Position numbers and translations under genes: made by a program
Assembly: GCA_002811645.1 (NCBI GenBank)
Contig: PDIP01000078.1
Span: 2,823-66,822, forward strand
Source of the DNA: Corallochytrium limacisporum Hawaii
Taxonomy: Eukaryota; Protista; Pluriformea
Direction: 5' to 3'
DNA length: 64,000 nt
Shown: positions 54,799 to 64,000 of the stretch, piece by piece
Layout of the letters: every line of letters starts with the position of its first letter
How positions within the stretch are numbered: the stretch's first letter is position 1
Notes under the pieces: generated by a model
The model's input: the letters and a program-made list of their open reading frames with translations, nothing else
Told to the model about the DNA's origin: nothing
Database searches by the model: none

Positions 54799-56536
54799 AT
54801 GCGCTTCTTAGCTGGTCTTTGCCGGTCGAAGCAGAAGCCTGCTGAGGTCGCTCCGGAGGCTCACACCAAGGCCAAGACAGAAGCTCAGTCCGCTGCAGTC
54901 CCTGTGAAGGAGGCTGTCCCTGAGCCCGCCCAGGATGAGGAGGCTGTCCTTGGCATCAAGGTCGAGGAGGCCGTGTCTGAGCCCGTCAAGGTTGAGAAGG
55001 TTGTCCCCGAGGAGGCCAAGGTCGAGGAAGCCAAGGTCGAGGAGGCTGTCTCTGAACCTGCCAAGGTCGAGGAGGCTGTCCCTGAGCCCGTAAAGGTTGA
55101 AGAGGCCAAGGTGGAGGAGACTGTCCCTGAGCCCGCCAAGGTTGAGGAGGCCAAGGTCGAGGAGGCCAAGGTCGAGGAGGCTGTCCCTGAGCCCGCCAAG
55201 GTCGAGGAGGTCAAGGTCGAGGAAGCTACGGTCGAGGAAGCCAAGGTCGAGGAAGCCAAGGTCGAGGAAGCCAAGGTCGAGGAGGCTGTCCCTGAGNNNN
55301 NNNNNNNNNNNNNNNNNNNNNNNNNNNNNNNNNNNNNNNNNNNNNNNNNNNNNNNNNNNNNNNNNNNNNNNNNNNNNNNNNNNNNNNNNNNNNNNNNNNN
55401 NNNNNNNNNNNNNNNNNNNNNNNNNNNNNNNNNNNNNNNNNNNNNNNAAGGTTGAAGAGGCCAAGGTCGAGGAGGCCAAGGTCGAGGAGGCTGTCCCTGA
55501 GCCCGCCAAGGTCGAGGAGGTCAAGGTCGAGGAGGCTACGGTCGAGGAAGCCAAGGTCGAGGAAGCCAAAGTCGAGGAAGCCAAGGTCGAGGAGGCTGTC
55601 CCTGAGCCTGCCAAGGTTGAGGAAGCGGAAGCCAAGGTTGAGGAGGCTGTCCCTGAGCCCGTAAAGGTTGAAGAGGCCAAGGTTGAGGAGGCTGTCCCTG
55701 AGCCTGTCAAGGTTGAGGAGGCTGTCCCTGAGCCTGTCAAGGTTGAGGAGGCTGTCCCTGAGCCTGCCAAGGTCGAGGAGGCTGTCCCTGAGCCCGCCAA
55801 GGTCGAGGAGGCCAAGGTCGAGGAGGCCAAGGTCGAGGAGGCTGTCCCTGAGCCCGCCAAGGTCGAGGAGGTCAAGGTCGAGGAGGCTGTCCCTGAGCCC
55901 GCCAAGGTCGAGGAGGCTGTCCCTGAGCCCGTAAAGGTTGAAGAGGCCAAGGTGGAGGAGACTGTCCCTGAGCCCGCCAAGGTTGAAGAGGCCAAGGTCG
56001 AGGAAGCCAAGGTTGAGGAGGCTGTCCCTGAGCCCGTAAAGGTTGAAGAGGCCAAGGTTGAGGAGGCTGTCCCTGAGCCTGCCAAGGTTGAGGAGGCTGT
56101 CCCTGAGCCTGTCAAGGTTGAGGAGGCTGTCCCTGAGCCTGCCAAGGTTGAGGAGGCTGTCCCTGAGCCCGTAAAGGTTGAGGAGGCCAAGGTTGAGGAG
56201 GCTGTCCCTGAGCCTGCCAAGGTTGAGGAAGCTGTCCCTGAGCCTGTAAAGGCCGAGGAGGCTGTCCCCGAGCCCACCAAGGTTGAGGAATGTAAGGAGG
56301 AGGCTGTCCCCGAGCCCGCCAAGGTCGAGGAAGCCAAGGTCGAGGAAGCCAAGGTCGAGGAAGCCAAGGTTGAGGAAGCGGAAACCAAGGTTGAGGAGGC
56401 CAAGGTCGAGGAGGCCAAGGTCGAAAAGGCTGAGGTTGAGCCCAAGGCTGAGGAGCCCAAGGCCAAGGACGCAAACCCGGAGCCTGAAGCAACTGAAGCC
56501 CCTGCTAAGGAGGCTGCTCCCGAGGCCGCTGCCTAG
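54799..56536 (+). CDS. Acidic P/E/V/K/A tandem-repeat protein (AKVEE / AVPEP[A/V]KVEE), interrupted by an assembly gap
   Basis: ATG 54799 (atcactATG). The same repeat frame appears on both sides of N gap 55297-55447. Strong synonymous bias (GAG, AAG, GTC/GTT, GCC/GCT) with variation mainly at third positions. Confidence 0.85.
54900..56440 (+). repeat. Coding minisatellite of 15-nt and 30-nt modules
   Basis: gccaaggtYgaggaR and gctgtccctgagccYgYNaaggtYgaggag units in varying order. Confidence 0.95.
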
Positions 56537-56860
56537 GAAGCTCCTGTCTCTGAGGACAGACCCGCTAAAGAAGCGGTAGCCGGTGATCAGGAGAAGATGA
56601 GAGCACTGCTTGCGGGTGTCATACACTCGTCAGCATGCTTCTTCTGCTCAAGGTTCTCTTGTTTATTGCTTGTACTTCTCAAAACATGCACAAGCCTACA
56701 AATTCAATTCACAGAGCCAATATGCGCTTTGCCATACACACCACCGCCGCATGTTTTTCTTCACATAGAAATAAAAATATCTTCAAAGCGAAGTTGTAAT
56801 TCTACATTCTATAGGCAACGCTAGTAAAGAACAATGAACTATTTTCCGACTTCTGCGTCC

Positions 56861-58738
56861 TTATATTCCGTGTGCCTTACGCATGAGGTTGTTTCTTCGG
56901 GATCGACTGGCAGCACCCTTCAGTCCGATGCTGTACGCACTCGACTCGTACACTTTCTCTACGCTGTTGTTGGCGTCCCTGTCTTGACCATTGTTGCGGC
57001 CTCTTACTTGGTCACTGTTCTCAACTATGGGCTTTCCAAGCAATGCTTGGGAATCTACGACCGTCAGCATAAGCTCTGCTCGGTTTTTAGTGCCACCAGC
57101 GTACGATGATGCCATGGCTGTACGTTGGATCAAATGCTCCATTCCGGGTGGCACCAACATCTTCACAAAAGTCTCCCTCTGTTCCGGGTCGTAGCCGATT
57201 GAAGAGATCACCGCATAGCCTTCCATGGGCACCACTGCTGGATTTGCTTCCACAGTCCGGAGCACAGCCTGCGTCTTGGGCATTCGGAAAGTCTTAAATT
57301 TTGGTCGTTTGGTGATGGCAATAACCGCCACAACATTACCCTGCAGACCCACCAACAGTTCTGCCGGAGAGACAAGATTCAGGGCGGTGCCAAACATGAC
57401 CCGCCCAATGGGCACCTGCAGGATACGGTGATTGAGCAGAGATTTGATAATGACCTGCCTTCTACGTCTACTCGAGGACACAGACGGCATGGTACTATTG
57501 CGACCAATGACAGACACAGACACGGCCTCGCAGTGTGGCGGTGATGTGCATGGATTGAGAGTCATTTGTTCCTTTCCGCTTGTTTGTGTATGATTGGCGA
57601 AGCGTTTCGGATAGTCATCCGCTGGTTCGGGCAGTGCCCTCGGCTCAGATGCACCGCCACCGCCGCATCCGGCCTCCAAAGACAAACAGAAGCGGGGTTC
57701 CGTGATGGTATAGACAGCGGACAGCAGGTGCCACCCTAGGCCCTTGATCCAGCCCTGGGTGTTTATGAGAACAGTTGCACGAGGAGGAGGTGATACTGAC
57801 GATGATGCCGTGTTTAGATGCGCTCGCATGGACTTAACTGCCGCCTTCACCGCTTCAATGAATTTCGCTGGTTGATCCCCCGCATTGTTGAATCCGACGC
57901 AAAAACTCTGTACTTTTTCTTTCGACGGTCCTCCAGCTCCCGTGCGCATGTAATTGGCACCGAACAGTGGGTCTGTACCGCAGTACCAATTCACACATCC
58001 CGGTAAGCCGATCTCCGGCTGCCCTAGATCACAGTCAAGAATGTAAGCGGGCCCGCGCTGAACTGCGCAGTTCCAGAGATAGCGCACGAGTGTGCTCTTT
58101 CCTTGACCTTTGGAACCATAGACTAGAGCAGAAGTGAAGGGTAGATGAAAATCTTGCCCACCAGGTGGCTTCTGCAAATCCTCCGCAATGCGCTGGTTTG
58201 CAGACATCCAGTCGTTCGGGATGACGAGCGTTGGCACGGTGGGCAGGACTTCGCTAAGTATCAGATAGCTCTGACCATGTGACAATACTTCCTCATTATT
58301 AGCCTCCTCTTCTCTCTCAGTAAGAGTGGGCCGCGGCGGCAGGCCGTAGTCCTCGAGCTCTGCTAGCTGAGGTCCTAACAGTGAGTCTAGAGCTTCAATC
58401 ACCAGACTCGACTCGTTCGCGATGGAGACGACAGGCAGCACCGTTTCTATCGGTAGGGAGTAGACCTCGAATCCATGGGATCCAAGGTTTTGCTCCGTAA
58501 TGATGTAGCCATTAACAGCTGCACTACCTGCAACAATTCTGTAATGGCCTACAATGTAAATAACTTCTCCCGCTTTCTCAAAGTGAATCTTGTGGCCGCG
58601 GGGCTGCTTTTCAATCACTATTGATCCCTGTGTTGCTGCACTCTGCACCGTGACCACCTGTACAGCATTGTGCCCAACGTTTTCCGTGTCTTTCGCAACA
58701 CTGAAGGCGCTCACAGGGCCTGATCCGGCATTACTCAT
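56861..58738 (-). CDS. NOL9: Polynucleotide 5'-hydroxyl kinase NOL9/Grc3 (Clp1 family)
   Basis: GSKGQGKST P-loop, LDCDLGQPE..PG, INTQGWIKGLG, basic C-terminal RRNNLMR. Confidence 0.88.
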   Translation of the reverse strand: MSNAGSGPVSAFSVAKDTENVGHNAVQVVTVQSAATQGSIVIEKQPRGHKIHFEKAGEVIYIVGHYRIVAGSAAVNGYIITEQNLGSHGFEVYSLPIETVLPVVSIANESSLVIEALDSLLGPQLAELEDYGLPPRPTLTEREEEANNEEVLSHGQSYLILSEVLPTVPTLVIPNDWMSANQRIAEDLQKPPGGQDFHLPFTSALVYGSKGQGKSTLVRYLWNCAVQRGPAYILDCDLGQPEIGLPGCVNWYCGTDPLFGANYMRTGAGGPSKEKVQSFCVGFNNAGDQPAKFIEAVKAAVKSMRAHLNTASSSVSPPPRATVLINTQGWIKGLGWHLLSAVYTITEPRFCLSLEAGCGGGGASEPRALPEPADDYPKRFANHTQTSGKEQMTLNPCTSPPHCEAVSVSVIGRNSTMPSVSSSRRRRQVIIKSLLNHRILQVPIGRVMFGTALNLVSPAELLVGLQGNVVAVIAITKRPKFKTFRMPKTQAVLRTVEANPAVVPMEGYAVISSIGYDPEQRETFVKMLVPPGMEHLIQRTAMASSYAGGTKNRAELMLTVVDSQALLGKPIVENSDQVRGRNNGQDRDANNSVEKVYESSAYSIGLKGAASRSRRNNLMRKAHGI

Positions 58739-59312
58739 TGTTAGTAATAGTCCTGCTGTTTATTACGGACCCGTCGACATAATGCGCTAGAGCTGCTACC
58801 GTTCTCCAACGACCACTAGCCTCCAAGATGAGTACGACAATTCGCTTGTTTCCACCAATGACAAGGAGTCATCTGTGCCGAGCCCTGCCAGATTCTGAAG
58901 TACCCATACAGAAGCGTAGGAACAGCAAAACGAGTGACACCCAGAATATTGGCGGTGATCTCACACAGAGCTTTTCCCATTGGAACCGGTTACACGCGGT
59001 TCAGCAATTTTAGAACTTGTTCTGGCAGAGGGAGGAGCGCTCGGTAACCGACCGACCCGCCTTTGCAGAAACTGGGAAAATGGGGACGTGGGCGGCCCGG
59101 TGGAAAAAAAGGGGGGGGTAAGGGACTCGGTCGGTCCACAGGTATCGTGTCTGTTCCTCAACGGTGGTATAGTTTTTCTGTTGTATTCTTTTCAATATCA
59201 TGTAGATCCAATGAGCTCTCTTCATCACAAAGTCTTTATGTACTCCTATGTCTGTAAAATGTCATACGAAACAAGGAACGCCTCGGGTTTGATCCAGAAC
59301 CTCATCTGTCTC

Positions 59313-60347
59313 TCATGCCTTCTGATAGTCTTCTACTTTGATGTGAGTGGCTCCTCCGAAGAAATCAATTAGCAGCACACCATCAATTTTCAGGTTCATA
59401 ACATGCCAGTCATGACCTCTGGGCCATCCCTTCATGACAGGGTGCTTCTTGAACAGCAAGTCTCTGGCCCGTTCTGCTTCTGGCCCTTCCAGCACTTCCA
59501 ACTTTCCCTTCAAGTTCAGCCGGCCACAGCGCGGATCCTCCGGATCGAGATCGAGATTCGAACACACCCCGCCGAGGAGCATCTCTTCACTCAGGGTCAG
59601 CACTGCTTCGGGTGTAGACTGCCGACTCCAGTTGTGGTAGGTCGTGGACATGCTGGAAAGGTAAAACAGTGGCGTGCCATCATCCGGGTCTGCAGCCATA
59701 CTCTCTACCGTGCCGAATGGAATGTTGTCAAACTCGGCCGAGCTCAAGGAGAGAACTGCAAAGGTCCCCTGGTCGACCATCCAACGCGCCCGAGCTGCTT
59801 TCTTTGTCCATTTCGGACGGTTTCTGGGGATCCTGTCCAAATCTTCGATGGCAGCAGTGGCATCTATTGTTGCCATGGACAGGTCTGCTTCCACCTGCTG
59901 CTGTTGGGAAATCAGACTACCAGAGAGAAATGAAAGGCCGTCGCCAACGTACAGTCCACCGTCCTCATAATTGTTGTCATTGCCGCTGGTCTGTGTCTCA
60001 GAGAGATAGTCAGCTGCAAAGAGAATGAATACTAAAAGAAAGAACGTCAGCAGAACTTTGAGAGTAATTATCCGCGCCACTAAACGACGGGAGATCATTA
60101 TGCGTGCCAAGCGCTCCCGCCGAACTTCTTGGATCATGCGATTGTGCGCTTCGGCTTCTAGTTGCTTCCGTGAGGGCGCAGAGGTTCCCTCTCCTGCATG
60201 CTGAGAGCTGGTTACGGTCGTGGTGATCCCGGAGCTCTGGTCTGTAGTATTTCCGCTTTCGTCGCCTCCGACGTGCACTGTGGTGCTCTCCCGATGTCCT
60301 GCCAGCAGAGGCACAGACTCTTCATTTAATCTGTTGTCTCCAGTCAT
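59313..60347 (-). CDS. CREG1: CREG-family split-barrel protein with N-terminal membrane anchor
   Basis: ARARWMV, PFG, GTPLFYLS, LTLSE, DPEDPRCGRL, FKKHPVMKGWPRGHDW, IDFFGG. Confidence 0.9.
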   Translation of the reverse strand: MTGDNRLNEESVPLLAGHRESTTVHVGGDESGNTTDQSSGITTTVTSSQHAGEGTSAPSRKQLEAEAHNRMIQEVRRERLARIMISRRLVARIITLKVLLTFFLLVFILFAADYLSETQTSGNDNNYEDGGLYVGDGLSFLSGSLISQQQQVEADLSMATIDATAAIEDLDRIPRNRPKWTKKAARARWMVDQGTFAVLSLSSAEFDNIPFGTVESMAADPDDGTPLFYLSSMSTTYHNWSRQSTPEAVLTLSEEMLLGGVCSNLDLDPEDPRCGRLNLKGKLEVLEGPEAERARDLLFKKHPVMKGWPRGHDWHVMNLKIDGVLLIDFFGGATHIKVEDYQKA

Positions 60348-60972
60348 TGCTAGAGAAACTGAAAATTATACCACTTCTGTCCCTTTGGCTACGCTCGCCT
60401 ACGGGAGCCTGTGATTCCGGATGTGGCACTGTGACAAGGTAATTTTAAGTACCCCAAGACTGGTCAAATTCTCCCGAGTTGGTACAAGAGAGAGAAAGCA
60501 TCCTCGCAACGAAAGTCGGTGTCGAAAATGCACGAAAAGGAGATGGTCACGTCAGATTTGATGATGTGCTAAATGCGTCTAACACCGTTTTACTATTCTC
60601 CGCCGCCACAGACGGCGCATTCCAATATGATTCCCGATGAATGTTATCAAACGTATTACGCAGACCAGCCCGCAGCCAAGTTCACCGGCCGGCCTTATGC
60701 AAAGACGCAGCCGGCTGGAATAGACGAAGAAAGGGGGGGGGGGGCATCGCGTATTCACTAAGGTGAAGAGAGCTGGGCTGCCCCACCCAGAGGCGCACGT
60801 CGAGTGGGGCCGGCGGATCGGGAGGATGTTACAGTACCAGCTGTGACCAGTTCGTTTTGTGTGCTTGACTTCGAAGATGATGCCACCAAAACATGGAAGA
60901 AAAGACTAGGACTGTTGAAATATCGGCTACGATGATGATCTAATGACGTCTGTTCTTTACATAATGGGCAGC

Positions 60973-62946
60973 TCAGCTGTTGTTGGGTGCCGGCTTGACC
61001 TTTCGCTTGGTGAAGAACTTGCGGTTGACTTGGGGCTGTTCCTTCTGTGTTGTAGGCAGCTGTTCTTCGGACTTGTTTAAGACTTCCGTCGAGGACGGTG
61101 GCGAGTCCGATGAGGACTTGAGGTCAGGTGCGGAGGCTGTGGTCGTCTTGGGCGCAGAGACGGTTTGAGCGCGGGGTTTCTCCTTCACAGGTGATGTAGA
61201 GCGCAGCGAGGAACTCTCAGTCTTCGCCTGAGCGGTAGTAGTTGCAGCAGGAGCTGCCGTGCTGCCGGCCCTGGGCTCCCGGATCAGTGACTCTTCGTAG
61301 AGTTGCTCCTGGTTTAATGTGCTCATGCCTTCCTCGAAGCGCTTCTGATAGTCCAGGTCTTCCATGAATGTCCATTTGGAGTGCTGGTACTCTTGGATCT
61401 TCCGAATGACACCGGCCACCATTTGGAGCCTGCGGAAGTTTACTAGTTGCTCTCCGACCTCAGAAGGGTTACCATCCTCAATGAAGACAAGATCAGTGAG
61501 ATAGAGTCCAACGTAAGGCAAGACAGGGCCTTTACAGTTGGCCAAATGCCCGCGGTAGTGACCAAAGTTCTTGGACGAATCCATCAGCTCAGTCAGAGCC
61601 ACGTAGTCCTTCTGGTGCTTAGAGCTCAGGTGCTTAAAAGTTTGCTTCAGACGGAAAATAGGTGCCATGTTGAAGGCAGCAGTGATCTCTATGCAACAGA
61701 GCAGAGAATTCATGTCTCGTAGAATCTTTGCCAGTTCAATGAATTTCTGCATGACTTTTACGCGATCGTTGAGGTTCTCGGTGGTGACGATCTCAGTACA
61801 CACCCAGTGTGTCACCTTATTAAACAGCTCAATCAGTTTCAACAGATTGGGAGCTCTCACATGCCTATCCTTGCTGTTCCAGGCCTGTTTCACGAACTCT
61901 GCTGGCTTGATCTCGGCAAACGCCTTGGAATGGATCAAGGTCATTTGTTCAGCCAGGAAGCGGAGATCCTTCATGTGATCAGAGAAACTAAAGATGGGCT
62001 TTGTTGCGTACTTCGACGGATCCCTGCGGGTGTTGAGCATGTCAATGATGGTCTTTCCCGTTGCCTTGAGCATATCATTGGATGCCACTTCGGTCTCGAT
62101 AAAGTTTTCTAGCTTGGTTATCAGGGACGGCTGCTGGCTAAAGTCATCAAACTTACAGCTCACCCACCGCTTCATCATGGACATGATTCGCAGACGGATT
62201 AGGGTCGTCGTATCCTCCGTATTCTGCTTTGCGGTGATCGTGGATTGTTTTGTAGTTCCCTTCTTTGTCTCTTGAACTGTGGCGGCGGACCGGAAACGGA
62301 AGAATAATTGATCAAGTAGCTGCTCGGCAGTTAGGAAATACGGGTATACGAGCAGAAAGTCGTCCGTGTAAGAATCTCCGACCGCAATATCAACCCGACA
62401 CAGTTGATGGATCAGACCGCTAACATCGCCTGCCATGACCATCGTCTCTCCGTTTTTTCTAGTTTTGGACACCGTGGTGTAGGTCTTGCGCATACCACTT
62501 GGTGTGCGCCACATGCCGTTGATCACGTGGAGTTTCTCGTCCGGGTCCCCTTCGTTTGCAAAAGCCTTTTCGATACTCAGGGCCTTGGACTGCAGTTCAT
62601 GCTCAGCCCTGCGACGATCAACCGAGCTTGTGGCGCGGCGGATTGAGCTCTGGTTCAAACGTCGTGCAACGAAGCGAGGAGCATCCTTGCCGCGAATGTC
62701 ATTATCCGATCCGTGTCCGTTGTTCAATCCCAGCACTTCGCCATCGTCTATATCATCAACCGGAGCCATGAATAGCGACGCAATGGTGTCGTTAGCGGAC
62801 GACATAACCGAGGCAAGTGTGTCCATCAGCATACCGGATCCGGGGTTCTCGACAGCGTGAGCCTGACCCTTACTCTCTTCTCCGGTTGCAGCGGCACCGG
62901 TGAGCAGGGACAGAAGGCCGCCGTTGGTGAAAAAGCCTGCGGTCAT
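60973..62946 (-). CDS. Ras-family guanine nucleotide exchange factor (REM + CDC25 domains)
   Basis: REM: FLLVYPYFLT..LL..L..RF, W...FDDF. CDC25: LAEQMTL, APNL, FNKVTHWV, PIFRLKQT, PYVGLYLTDLVFIEDGNP, VNF, SLIREPR. Confidence 0.95.
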   Translation of the reverse strand: MTAGFFTNGGLLSLLTGAAATGEESKGQAHAVENPGSGMLMDTLASVMSSANDTIASLFMAPVDDIDDGEVLGLNNGHGSDNDIRGKDAPRFVARRLNQSSIRRATSSVDRRRAEHELQSKALSIEKAFANEGDPDEKLHVINGMWRTPSGMRKTYTTVSKTRKNGETMVMAGDVSGLIHQLCRVDIAVGDSYTDDFLLVYPYFLTAEQLLDQLFFRFRSAATVQETKKGTTKQSTITAKQNTEDTTTLIRLRIMSMMKRWVSCKFDDFSQQPSLITKLENFIETEVASNDMLKATGKTIIDMLNTRRDPSKYATKPIFSFSDHMKDLRFLAEQMTLIHSKAFAEIKPAEFVKQAWNSKDRHVRAPNLLKLIELFNKVTHWVCTEIVTTENLNDRVKVMQKFIELAKILRDMNSLLCCIEITAAFNMAPIFRLKQTFKHLSSKHQKDYVALTELMDSSKNFGHYRGHLANCKGPVLPYVGLYLTDLVFIEDGNPSEVGEQLVNFRRLQMVAGVIRKIQEYQHSKWTFMEDLDYQKRFEEGMSTLNQEQLYEESLIREPRAGSTAAPAATTTAQAKTESSSLRSTSPVKEKPRAQTVSAPKTTTASAPDLKSSSDSPPSSTEVLNKSEEQLPTTQKEQPQVNRKFFTKRKVKPAPNNS

Positions 62947-64000
62947 GGCTGATTTACGGTATTTCCTCTAGAGAAGATGGTTTGTTCCGTGACTATTTTA
63001 TTGGTCTATGCTGTCTTTCATTGTCCTGTGACTTGTATTCTCGGACGGAACCAGTCCCATAGTATTCCCTCTATTTGTGGGTGTCTCTGACGTGAAGCAC
63101 TTGCAACACCTGATCTAGCTTGCGTTGACTCTTGAGAACTGTCGACCTATGGGTTCATACTCATGTTGTCAAATGTTTCATCGTTCCTGGTGCCATTTAT
63201 CAGATATGAAGCACCTAAGACGAAGTCGGGCCTCGCAAGTGTGCCCTGCCCAAAACAGTTGGGAAACTAAGAACTATTGTGCACTTCGCACATGTAACAG
63301 CACCGTCCGCACGCGGTATGACCAGAACTGCGAGCAAACCGAAACTTTTCCGCTTTCGGCAGTGTAAAAGCACCACATGCCGCTGAGGGGCACCCAGATT
63401 CCCCGCAGAGAAGCTGTAAATAAACAGTCCTGTCTGCTCTTACGTAGAACTGGATGGGTTTCCGCTTACATTTTGTATGGAAAGGTAATATTTGGTGGGG
63501 CTCTCTGCGCACTGTTCCCTACGGCGTCACTAGGGTGGGTTTTTTCATCCCCCGTGAGTGGCCCGTTGGGGTGTGTGGGCAAGGGCTGAGTGGCCAATGG
63601 GATCGCAGCGCAAGGTCCTATAGTGAATATACCGGAAGCAGGGCCAACCCTTGCCACCAAGAAATTTCGGGCTTGGCGCTCGCGACAAATTGTATACAGG
63701 AAGAAGAACATATTACAAGCCAGCGAGCGCGAAGCGAGATATCAGGGCATTTCAATTTCGAGGCCTTCCTTCCCAAATCGTTCTTGAGCAGAAACAGCAG
63801 GCGCCAAGCCTCTTCTGCATGTCACGAATAGTATCCTTCACAACGTAAAAGATGTGCTCGATACCGCAGAACCTGAGCTGGTACGTTCAATCCACATCTC
63901 AAACGGATCAGTGATTGTCCAAAATAAGTCAGTCGAGTACCACCCTCTGTCTGGGAATATTGTATCAAATCTACTCTTTTTGATTTAGCTCTGCCGTCGC

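Noticed and set aside
13138-56536. TAG reassignment (alternative genetic code)
   Set aside because: No conserved gene is interrupted by TAG, and TAG ends CHT1, PP2C, PDE and TRIM37-like at plausible positions.
54808-56626. Long antisense and alternative-frame ORFs (552 aa, 466 aa) over the repeat
   Set aside because: By-products of a stop-free repeat; third-position variation supports only the KVEEA frame.
1-64000. CRISPR arrays, prokaryotic operons or defence systems
   Set aside because: The sequence is eukaryotic, and no repeat-spacer array or such genes were seen.

Overview
Gene-dense eukaryotic nuclear DNA (standard genetic code) with 23 protein-coding genes, every one apparently intronless, including ORFs of 3-4 kb. 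The content mixes animal-type genes (SPIRE, SLC5A7/CHT1, GAF-GAF PDE10/11-like phosphodiesterase, CCDC28-like, BORCS6, TRIM37-like) with genes animals lack or rarely have (ArgJ/ARG7, full-size ABCG, bacterial-type amine oxidase). This points to an intron-poor unicellular holozoan, with Corallochytrium-like pluriformeans as the best guess (inference). Convergent gene pairs are separated by short plain spacers (119-427 bp). Promoter-containing spacers are long (0.5-3.5 kb) and carry microsatellites, homopolymers and a recurring palindromic C(n)G(n) core, the main unexplained non-coding structure. Other items: a TA-flanked 94-bp inverted-repeat element (MITE-like), a PEVK-type tandem-repeat protein whose coding signature runs past its TAG, and a membrane-anchored CREG with a dileucine sorting motif. 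No tRNA, rRNA, CRISPR array or autonomous transposon was recognised. All family calls are by motif recognition, not database search.
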